A stretch of DNA of 44,326 bases. Source: a virus. This document shows, one piece after another, positions 6,852 through 13,130 of this stretch. Each line of letters opens with the position of its first letter. The stretch's first letter is position 1. Location: positions 1-44,326 of IMG/VR virus record IMGVR_UViG_3300027852_000014, one strand, 5' to 3'. Both the position numbers and the translations under genes were made by a program. Under the pieces are notes generated by a model. That model had not been told where the DNA came from and made no database searches. It saw only the letters and a list, made by a program, of their open reading frames with translations.

Positions 6852-7112
6852 TTATCGCTCGTTCCCGTTAAAAATCTCATAGTCACTCTGACTAAGGTAT
6901 TGGCTGTCAATGCCCGAGTCCTTCTCAAGGTCATCCTGCCCGCTCTCAAGTCTATTCTGTTTTACGTGCTCAGCAGCAAGCTCGTTTGACATTCTATCAA
7001 CCTCTTTTTGCTGTTCTTCGATATAGATTTTTAATAGAAATAAATACCCCTTGCATGTCTTGTCTTTCATCATATCCATTTGGTGTTTAACTTCATCTAA
7101 GTATTTACTCAT
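6852..7112 (-). CDS. Hypothetical protein
   Basis: 86-aa ORF with SD AAGGAG. Confidence 0.65.
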   Translation of the reverse strand: MSKYLDEVKHQMDMMKDKTCKGYLFLLKIYIEEQQKEVDRMSNELAAEHVKQNRLESGQDDLEKDSGIDSQYLSQSDYEIFNGNER

Positions 7113-7303
7113 GTCAAATCTCCTTGTTTTTGATTAGCTGGTACAACGTCATATCTTGATTTATCATGTGTTTTTATTATTACCCTTCCATTAAAAATGG
7201 CAATACCTATTCCAGCATCCTCTAGACCTTTGTACGTTGTTACGTATTTTTCTTCCTCTTTGTCAAAAATAGTATATCCATGACAGTCATTGTGCTTATC
7301 CAT
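7109..7303 (-). CDS. Hypothetical protein
   Basis: 64-aa ORF with SD AAAGGAG and a 4-nt overlap with the next gene. Confidence 0.65.
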   Translation of the reverse strand: MDKHNDCHGYTIFDKEEEKYVTTYKGLEDAGIGIAIFNGRVIIKTHDKSRYDVVPANQKQGDLT

Positions 7304-7304
7304 T

Positions 7305-7778
7305 TTACTGCTCCTTTAAATATTTTTCCCGAATCTTTTCTAAATACTTCCGTCCATCCTCTTTTCGCTCTTTGGAAGACTCTTCTGTTATATATCTTTC
7401 ATAAGAATCAAGAACACTAACTTTGAGATCCATAAGATTAATATGGCCATTCATAAACTGGTTCCCGTAATAGGAAAGATCCTTACACAGAGCGTCTTGA
7501 TGATTCCAGACTGAGTTAAGTCTTGAGCTCGTGGAGCGCGCTCCACACTCTATACATTCATATATTGCAATTCTAAACAGAAAATCATGTGTGCTAAAAC
7601 AAAATACTTCCTTCATATTATTAGGAAATGCATTGCTAGACATCTTTGCATGACGGAGTCGACACTTAGACATCTTAACTTTTCCGCATTTAACGCAAGA
7701 GCTCCCAACATATCCTATTTTAGAGCATACCGCCTTCTTTTGATCATGTTTGCAAAATAATTTACCTATAATTCCCAT
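7305..7778 (-). CDS. Cys-rich hypothetical protein (putative zinc-binding)
   Basis: 157 aa with SD AAAGGAG. Contains CVKCG and CIECG pairs. Confidence 0.65.
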   Translation of the reverse strand: MGIIGKLFCKHDQKKAVCSKIGYVGSSCVKCGKVKMSKCRLRHAKMSSNAFPNNMKEVFCFSTHDFLFRIAIYECIECGARSTSSRLNSVWNHQDALCKDLSYYGNQFMNGHINLMDLKVSVLDSYERYITEESSKERKEDGRKYLEKIREKYLKEQ

Positions 7779-7790
7779 TCTATCGCTCCT

Positions 7791-8099
7791 TTATCCCTTC
7801 CATTTTGGCAGCCCTCTAAAGTCTCGTGGGGCTGTTACCATTTTTTCTTTACCGCATATGCCACAAGTCCCTCTCCAGCATCCTGGGGAATGTCCTTTTG
7901 GCATTGACCCATACTTATTGCCGCAGTCGAAGCATACTTCGTCAGGATTTTTGCTTTTATAAGTCCATCCTTTTTTCTCAAGCTCCTCGGAAACTATCTT
8001 TGCGCTTAGATACCCTTCTAATCCGCTTGAGTATATACAGTAATGCTTGTTCTTGCGGTCTTTGTATATTGTGTAGTCTTTGTACTCTGTTTTTTCCAT
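7791..8099 (-). CDS. Cys-rich hypothetical protein (putative zinc ribbon)
   Basis: SD AAAGGAG before ATG 8099 (the track ORF extends to 8138). Motifs CFDCG ... CWRGTCGICGK. Confidence 0.65.
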   Translation of the reverse strand: MEKTEYKDYTIYKDRKNKHYCIYSSGLEGYLSAKIVSEELEKKGWTYKSKNPDEVCFDCGNKYGSMPKGHSPGCWRGTCGICGKEKMVTAPRDFRGLPKWKG

Positions 8100-8100
8100 C

Positions 8101-8241
8101 CTACCGCTCCTTTTCTGCTGTTGACAATACCTGCTCATTAATCATTCTAACGTACATGTTTCTAAGCAATACGTATTCGTCACTTGTTTTATCTTCTATT
8201 TCATTCATTTTAATTTCTAATGTGTCTAGTGTTTCGTTCAT
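8101..8241 (-). CDS. Hypothetical small protein (46 aa)
   Basis: Hand-translated (MNETLDTLEIKMNEIEDK...). SD GGGAGG. Confidence 0.45.
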   Translation of the reverse strand: MNETLDTLEIKMNEIEDKTSDEYVLLRNMYVRMINEQVLSTAEKER

Positions 8242-8244
8242 ACC

Positions 8245-8397
8245 CTACCTCCCTATGCTTAATTCTTGTATTTGTTGCTGTATTATAGATATTTCCATCT
8301 CATGGTACTTTTCTAACAGCTCCCAGTACTCATCACAGTCCTTGTCTTCAAAGCTGTTTATGATTGCTTCTAATTCTTTTAGATCTGTGTTGTTCAT
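8245..8397 (-). CDS. Hypothetical small acidic protein (50 aa)
   Basis: Hand-translated (MNNTDLKELEAIINSFEDKDCDEYW...). Confidence 0.45.
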   Translation of the reverse strand: MNNTDLKELEAIINSFEDKDCDEYWELLEKYHEMEISIIQQQIQELSIGR

Positions 8398-8410
8398 TTT
8401 ATCTTTCTCA

Positions 8411-8674
8411 CTATATCTGTTCTATCGTTATCTTTCCTATCTCGCATTTTTGCAGTTCAATTCTTTTCTTGGCTACTCCTCTCTTTAAAAGCAAGCGTAT
8501 GTGTTTCATTGCAGTTGATTTAATCTTCCACGACGTGAACGAGTTAGGTGACGTTCTATACCTAAATAAAGCAACGGTCCTTGTCCCGTCCTCATAGTAT
8601 GTATACATTCCTCCCTCTTGGATATTTTTGTAAAACAGACCATTTACTTTAATTCTAAAAAAAGTGTCGTTCAT
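8411..8674 (-). CDS. Hypothetical protein
   Basis: 87-aa ORF in the same-strand array. Confidence 0.6.
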   Translation of the reverse strand: MNDTFFRIKVNGLFYKNIQEGGMYTYYEDGTRTVALFRYRTSPNSFTSWKIKSTAMKHIRLLLKRGVAKKRIELQKCEIGKITIEQI

Positions 8675-8676
8675 GA

Positions 8677-9102
8677 TTAGTCCTTCAAAAGTTCAGGGTT
8701 TTCATGTATGCTTCCGATTATTTCTATTTCAGCTCTATCACATTGTATAAAATCGAATTCATAATCCACATAGCCTTTATAATCTTTATTTTTTACTTCC
8801 TTTAAAACAAAGCATGGGTTGCATATATCCCTTTCAACAGTCCTCAACGTTTTCTTGCCAATTATAGAATTAAACCTAACAACATCCCCCTCATAAATAA
8901 GCTTTCCGTTCTTGTCTTTTAATCCTGTGCATTGTTGGATTATGAGCCGCTCTTTATTAATTTCTGGTGCAACTGCATTACCAAAGTCCGAAAACAGATT
9001 CCCATTCTCTGCTATATAAAACAAGCCAATTCCATTATATGGATGATTATACTTATATGTTTTGTCTTTATCATCCCACACTCTAAACTTAAATCTATCC
9101 AT
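8677..9102 (-). CDS. YopX-family protein (paralogue 1)
   Basis: FKFRVWD N-terminus, QCTGLKDKNGKLIYEGD core and IIGSIHENPELL C-terminus. Confidence 0.8.
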   Translation of the reverse strand: MDRFKFRVWDDKDKTYKYNHPYNGIGLFYIAENGNLFSDFGNAVAPEINKERLIIQQCTGLKDKNGKLIYEGDVVRFNSIIGKKTLRTVERDICNPCFVLKEVKNKDYKGYVDYEFDFIQCDRAEIEIIGSIHENPELLKD

Positions 9103-9146
9103 CCCTCTACTCCTCTGTTTAATTTACTCATCGTTTTTGCCCATGG

Positions 9147-9332
9147 TTATTCCTCTATACAATCTAACATTCTTTTAGCTAGAGGAATCGCACCATTTTC
9201 TGGTTTGTGTTTTATTATTTTTCCACAATCAGTTTTATATAATGTAAACCCATCCTTATCTTGTTTTGCTTGATTAACTGCAGATCTAGCCATGATAGGC
9301 TCTCCATTAATTAATATTGCAACGGTTATCAT
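9147..9332 (-). CDS. Hypothetical protein
   Basis: 61-aa ORF with a G-rich SD. Confidence 0.6.
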   Translation of the reverse strand: MITVAILINGEPIMARSAVNQAKQDKDGFTLYKTDCGKIIKHKPENGAIPLAKRMLDCIEE

Positions 9333-9336
9333 CCCT

Positions 9337-9780
9337 TTACCCCTCTGTTTTAATCCACTGGATTGGTTGTGTGGCTATGCCTACGCGTTTAAATCCCCAA
9401 GAATTTAATTGTATTTCAAGTTCAGTTATGCTATTTAAATCTTTCACACTTTGAACATCTCCGTCATGACTAATCATCTCAGCCTCACCGTACTCAAAAT
9501 TTGATATATACAATGCTTCGCTTGAGTCGTTTATCCAAACGTCACCCACAGCTATATCACCACGAGGGATCTTTACTAGCTTGCCGTCGATTATTTCGTG
9601 GGTGATATTTATATACCCTATAGGCTTTGTATCTAATGGAACCTGATATGATTCATGAGATGTTATCACATAATAAAAATCGGTACCTCTGAATACTTTA
9701 TCGGCCGCAAACTCATAACCATTATCAGCTCTAATAATACTTCCCTCAACAGGTGTATCAATTCGTTCTAATGTTTTCAT
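9337..9780 (-). CDS. Hypothetical protein
   Basis: 147-aa ORF with SD AAAGGAG. Confidence 0.7.
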   Translation of the reverse strand: MKTLERIDTPVEGSIIRADNGYEFAADKVFRGTDFYYVITSHESYQVPLDTKPIGYINITHEIIDGKLVKIPRGDIAVGDVWINDSSEALYISNFEYGEAEMISHDGDVQSVKDLNSITELEIQLNSWGFKRVGIATQPIQWIKTEG

Positions 9781-9795
9781 TGTTAGGCTCCTTTT

Positions 9796-9957
9796 TTATT
9801 TTATTCCTGTAACAGCTACACCTGCTATTGAAGATATTGTCAATGTATAGAATAGTATATTTATGATAATATTATGAGCCTTGCTATGTCCTGGACCTAC
9901 TGCAACCATGAGGAAAAGGCATACAATAGCTACTTTTAAAAATATAAACCCACTCAT
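9796..9957 (-). CDS. Small membrane protein (53 aa)
   Basis: Hand-translated (MSGFIFLKVAIVCLFLMVAVG...). SD AAAGGAAAG. Confidence 0.45.
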   Translation of the reverse strand: MSGFIFLKVAIVCLFLMVAVGPGHSKAHNIIINILFYTLTISSIAGVAVTGIK

Positions 9958-10057
9958 TTTCTTTCCTTTTCCATTTATTTTAAACCGGTCAGATTTGACC
10001 TGTTTACCAAAATGTATTTCTTTAATTCTTGAGGCCGATTTTCACAGCCTCTAATTT

Positions 10058-10276
10058 TTAATTATCATTCTTTAAAGATTCAATGATACCCTCGGGGCAA
10101 TTGTCAACGGTTTCATTATCGATATTCTCTTTTCCACCGTCTCCTTCTTGGTCAATTTTCGGATCTTCATCCTCATTCACCTCTTCATCTAAAAAATAAA
10201 AATCATCGTGTACCATGGTTTTTCGTTTTAAAAGGTTTATTTTCTTACAAGATCTATCTTCTTTCCACTTATCCAA
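10058..10276 (-). CDS. Hyper-acidic small protein (TTG 10276 start with SD AAGGAG, or ATG 10216 giving 52 aa)
   Basis: ORF track. The 52-aa core has 19 D/E versus 3 K. Confidence 0.45.
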   Translation of the reverse strand: MDKWKEDRSCKKINLLKRKTMVHDDFYFLDEEVNEDEDPKIDQEGDGGKENIDNETVDNCPEGIIESLKNDN

Positions 10277-10401
10277 CAGACTCCTTGAAATCTAGTATCT
10301 GTTATATCGTCTCTATTTAAGAGATGAGAGCATACATAGCATCTAAAAGCTACAGGTTTACAAGTTGTTTTTTCGCCTTTTTTCTTTTTCGATTTAGACA
10401 T
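10237..10401 (-). CDS. Alternative small zinc-ribbon-like ORF (54 aa), overlaps the TTG-start version of 10058..10276
   Basis: Hand-translated (MSKSKKKKGEKTTCKPVAFRCYVCSHLL...). No SD. Confidence 0.3.
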   Translation of the reverse strand: MSKSKKKKGEKTTCKPVAFRCYVCSHLLNRDDITDTRFQGVCWISGKKIDLVRK

Positions 10402-10449
10402 GGTGTTTAATTTTAAATTAAAAAATAGTTTAATAGTAAGTAATAATTT

Positions 10450-10665
10450 TCAAGCGTCTTTAATTTCCTTCAGTGCTCTAATTATATAATCAAAATACGG
10501 TGTATGGAACCTTAGTCCATCAATAAATATAAACCATTCCTTCGAAAATTCGTTTTGTGATACGTACGATGTCCCAAATAAATGAATTCTAACAGTACCA
10601 GTATTTTTATTTGTACGAGCAGACGCATTCGGAAATATCTCTTTAATCTGATCTAATTCACTCAT
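10450..10665 (-). CDS. Hypothetical protein
   Basis: 71-aa ORF with SD AAAGGAG. Confidence 0.7.
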   Translation of the reverse strand: MSELDQIKEIFPNASARTNKNTGTVRIHLFGTSYVSQNEFSKEWFIFIDGLRFHTPYFDYIIRALKEIKDA

Positions 10666-10710
10666 CTTTCACTCCTTTAATTCTTTCGGGGGAATCTCAC
10701 CCCCTTTAAT

Positions 10711-10878
10711 TTATTCATCAGCTTCAACACTGATCTGCTCTTCATTTATTATGCAGTATCCACCAATTTCTTCTTTATCAGAAGGAGGATGTGCTTCTGC
10801 GCTGTATTCTCTGTCTGTCAAGCAAGTGCAGAGCAAGCACTTCTTATAATCAGGCATGCATTTACTTTCTTTTGCCAT
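10711..10878 (-). CDS. Small Cys-rich protein (55 aa)
   Basis: Hand-translated (MAKESKCMPDYKKCLLCTCLTDREY...). No clear SD. Confidence 0.4.
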   Translation of the reverse strand: MAKESKCMPDYKKCLLCTCLTDREYSAEAHPPSDKEEIGGYCIINEEQISVEADE

Positions 10879-10997
10879 TTTTTCTAGGTTTAATAATTAT
10901 AAAGCTTACAAGCACTTCACAGAATGCTTCAATGATCTCTTGTAATATACTTTTTTTAGTTTTCATATAGTAAGGTTTTAATAATAAGTTGTCTCAG

Positions 10998-11119
10998 TGG
11001 GGCGGTAGAGAATTTCACTCTACACGACAGCCTTCCTAGGAGCGTCCTCTGTTAAACCTTACGGCAACTCGACCACTATCTGCCCTGCTTTTTCGTGCGT
11101 CTTATTCCGCCACGCCCCA
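10998..11119 (-). ncRNA. Candidate structured RNA A (paralogue of RNA B)
   Basis: GC-rich 122-nt island between ORFs. Closing stem TGGGGCG/CGCCCCA. Hairpins GTAGAG-7 nt-CTCTAC and GGCA-14 nt-TGCC. Shares GTGGCGGAA, AGGGCAG, CGTAAGG and CTAGG with 3711..3868 in the same order. Strand is inferred from context. Confidence 0.45.
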
Positions 11120-11124
11120 ATTCT

Positions 11125-11289
11125 TTATATGTATTTCCATGCAAGTATTTCATCATACTCACCACAGCAAAAGTCAAAATCTTGGTAATATCCAACAACT
11201 TTCATGCATTCTCCGTTAAGTAGCTTTTCAACTAAGATCATTCGACACTCTTTCGGATCTTCCTTATTTGCATCTTTCCATTCACTCAT
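11125..11289 (-). CDS. Small protein, DUF551-like by recollection (54 aa)
   Basis: Hand-translated (MSEWKDANKEDPKECRMILVEKLLNG...). ATGA overlap with the HNH stop. SD GGAG. Confidence 0.5.
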   Translation of the reverse strand: MSEWKDANKEDPKECRMILVEKLLNGECMKVVGYYQDFDFCCGEYDEILAWKYI

Positions 11290-11594
11290 CTTTCATTCTC
11301 CATATAACTGCTTAATACAGCTTTTTCTATTTGTTCATATGTTTCTTCATAAGTAGGCACTCTTGGTTCAAACATCACTTTATCGCATTCACCATCTCTT
11401 TTAAGCTTATGGTAGAACTTATGCAACCAGTCTGGCAAGTAAGAAATATTCTCAGTGTTGTTCTGTCCTCCCTCACACACCTCTTTATTATGATGCAGGG
11501 ACCTTGTCTTGTCTTTTTTACACTCAAGACGACCATATATAGCACCGTTACGCTTTAACCTTCGCATTTGAGCCCTTACTTTCTTTGGCTTCAT
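11286..11594 (-). CDS. HNH endonuclease
   Basis: SLHHNKEVCEGGQNNTENISYLPDWLHKFYH fits HH..N..N...H..H. ATG 11594 forms an ATGA overlap with the upstream ORF (the track start is 11624). Confidence 0.75.
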   Translation of the reverse strand: MKPKKVRAQMRRLKRNGAIYGRLECKKDKTRSLHHNKEVCEGGQNNTENISYLPDWLHKFYHKLKRDGECDKVMFEPRVPTYEETYEQIEKAVLSSYMENER

Positions 11595-11746
11595 ATTGTT
11601 CTCTTTATTATTCTGTAGACACATGCCGCAGCAAATATCATTAATATAGCTATTGGAACGAACCAGTACCCTATTCCTATAAGCCTAAGTGCCGCACTTA
11701 TCCACAGCCAACACAGAAGAACTGTTGTTGCTAACTTTTTATCCAT
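11591..11746 (-). CDS. Small membrane protein (51 aa, 2 TM)
   Basis: Hand-translated (MDKKLATTVLLCWLWISAALRLIGIGYWFVPIAILMIFAAA...). Confidence 0.45.
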   Translation of the reverse strand: MDKKLATTVLLCWLWISAALRLIGIGYWFVPIAILMIFAAACVYRIIKRTI

Positions 11747-11952
11747 TTTAAAAATCTCTTCACGATACTTTCATGATTAAACATATGGCAAAACTCTACA
11801 AATGCCTTTGCTGGCATTTTACGCTCCCCATGCTCATAATATATATATGCGCGTTCTGCTACGTTTATTTTCTTTGCAACATCTTTCTGCGTCATTGAAG
11901 CTTCTTTGCGTTTTTTCTTTAGAAAAGTTGCTTGTTTTTTATTGGTTATCAT
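11731..11952 (-). CDS. XRE/Cro-type helix-turn-helix protein
   Basis: MTQKDVAKKINVAERAYIYYEHGERKMP is a typical HTH_3 pattern. 73 aa. Confidence 0.8.
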   Translation of the reverse strand: MITNKKQATFLKKKRKEASMTQKDVAKKINVAERAYIYYEHGERKMPAKAFVEFCHMFNHESIVKRFLKWIKS

Positions 11953-12328
11953 TTAATAGTTCCTTGTTTTCATGTATGTTTCCGATTATTTCTATACTGT
12001 CTATATAAAGCAGATCATCAATATAATCACCTTTAACAGACTGGAACCTGAATTGCAGGTAGCTCTCATCCCAGAATATTAAGCATCTTGTTGGTTCTCT
12101 AAAATACTTATCTGATTCATATATAACAACATCACCTTCATAAATAAGCTTTCCGTTCTTATCCTTTAGTCCTGTGCATTGTTCTATAATGCAGTCATCT
12201 ACAGAAAATCCATCATCTTCTATGTCGGCACCATTTTGCATCGTGAGAAACCCATAATTGCAAAGAGACATGCTTTCAATACATCCTCCATCACTCTTAT
12301 CCCAAACTCTAAACCTAAATCTATTCAT
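11939..12328 (-). CDS. YopX-family protein (paralogue 2)
   Basis: FRFRVWD, QCTGLKDKNGKLIYEGD, IIGNIHENKELL. Confidence 0.8.
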   Translation of the reverse strand: MNRFRFRVWDKSDGGCIESMSLCNYGFLTMQNGADIEDDGFSVDDCIIEQCTGLKDKNGKLIYEGDVVIYESDKYFREPTRCLIFWDESYLQFRFQSVKGDYIDDLLYIDSIEIIGNIHENKELLNDNQ

Positions 12329-12332
12329 CTTC

Positions 12333-12524
12333 CTATCCTTTTACATATTCTCGTTTTATTGTTCTTTGTACATACCCGCTTTTAATCTCTTCGCACTTGT
12401 CGTCTGAACAAAACATTACAACCATCTTTGCCATGCTGTTTGCGCATATTTTAATTATACCTTCTTCCCCGCCCCGCTTTGCTGTGCGATTGTGAGCTTT
12501 AAAAATTTCTTCATGTGTTCTCAT
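12333..12524 (-). CDS. Hypothetical protein
   Basis: 63-aa ORF with SD AAAGGAG. Confidence 0.65.
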   Translation of the reverse strand: MRTHEEIFKAHNRTAKRGGEEGIIKICANSMAKMVVMFCSDDKCEEIKSGYVQRTIKREYVKG

Positions 12525-12535
12525 ATCTATCTCCT

Positions 12536-12850
12536 TTAAGCATATTTCTCAACGCACCATTCAATAAAGTCACTGTCCAGGTCGGGGTATGCTTTAACAC
12601 GATCTTTTTCTGTTATATAATCGGACAGTTCATTTGCCCATGTGACAGTGTCAAATAACTCTATAAAGTCACTGTATCCTAACTTTTGAAACATATCGCT
12701 AATACAAGCCTCTTCATCAATCACTTCATGGAACGTCTTTTGGACAGATCCTTGTATAGAGTCATATATATGCTCTGCGCATTCATAATCATTGTCTTTG
12801 GCGAACCAAATTATATTCGCCTCGATGTAGTCTCTAATCTGTTTCTTCAT
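12536..12850 (-). CDS. Acidic hypothetical protein (104 aa, about 24 D/E versus 10 K/R)
   Basis: ORF track. Composition counted by hand. Confidence 0.65.
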   Translation of the reverse strand: MKKQIRDYIEANIIWFAKDNDYECAEHIYDSIQGSVQKTFHEVIDEEACISDMFQKLGYSDFIELFDTVTWANELSDYITEKDRVKAYPDLDSDFIEWCVEKYA

Positions 12851-12858
12851 CCCTGCAC

Positions 12859-13026
12859 CTATACGCTATATTGTTTCTTTTTAGTGTCTATTAGATTGTA
12901 TCTAACAATGTCCTTAATATACATTCTGCGAAGTTCTTTTTTGTAACTGTCTATGAATGCATTATGCTTAGGCTTGCTAACCATCTTTAGAACTTCACTT
13001 GTACTTAACTCTTTAACCTGTACCAT
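12859..13026 (-). CDS. Hypothetical small protein (55 aa)
   Basis: SD AAAGGAG before ATG 13026. The longer track ORF (to 13077) would run through the promoter. Confidence 0.55.
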   Translation of the reverse strand: MVQVKELSTSEVLKMVSKPKHNAFIDSYKKELRRMYIKDIVRYNLIDTKKKQYSV

Positions 13027-13053
13027 TTCAATCTCCTTTGCTTGTATGATTAA

Positions 13054-13082
13054 AATATAACATGAACAAATGAGCATGTCAA
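13054..13082 (-). promoter_or_regulatory. Promoter TTGACA-17-TATATT (minus strand)
   Basis: Plus-strand tgtcaa at 13077-13082 and aatata at 13054-13059. Extended -35 TTGACATGC. ACATG/CATGT inverted repeat in the spacer. Confidence 0.75.
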
Positions 13083-13130
13083 CACGTAAAATAAAGAAAG
13101 TTATAAAGCATTGTAATACGTACGATATTA

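Noticed and set aside
7826-8488. Long plus-strand ORFs inside the minus-strand arm (also 6029-6361, 13430-13852, 14092-14496, 17509-17823, 21181-21717), and minus-strand ORFs inside late genes (1042-1409, 29144-29549, 36119-36538, 43046-43417)
   Set aside because: They are antisense shadow ORFs of clearly coding genes, with low-complexity or hydrophobic junk translations. They have no SD and overlap genes that carry recognisable motifs.
10932-10966. 34-aa ORF (MKTKKSILQEIIEAFCEVLVSF...) starting at 10966 (minus strand), between RNA A and the Cys-rich ORF
   Set aside because: It is very short, has no SD, runs on past 10932, and overlaps the start of ORF 10711-10878 in another frame. Coordinates of the far end were not verified, so it is not reported as a feature.
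5445-11300. Stop-codon reassignment (TAG or TGA recoding) as an explanation for the many short ORFs
   Set aside because: Reading through the stops checked by hand (for example TAG at 8101-8103) does not continue in the frame of the next ORF. TAG, TGA and TAA all terminate well-supported genes (terL ends in TAG). The standard code fits.
11731-11952. A lysogeny module (CI-like repressor) implying a temperate lifestyle
   Set aside because: No integrase, excisionase-integrase pair, attP-like tRNA fragment or partition genes were recognised. A lone 73-aa XRE HTH in an early operon is insufficient. The lifestyle is left open.
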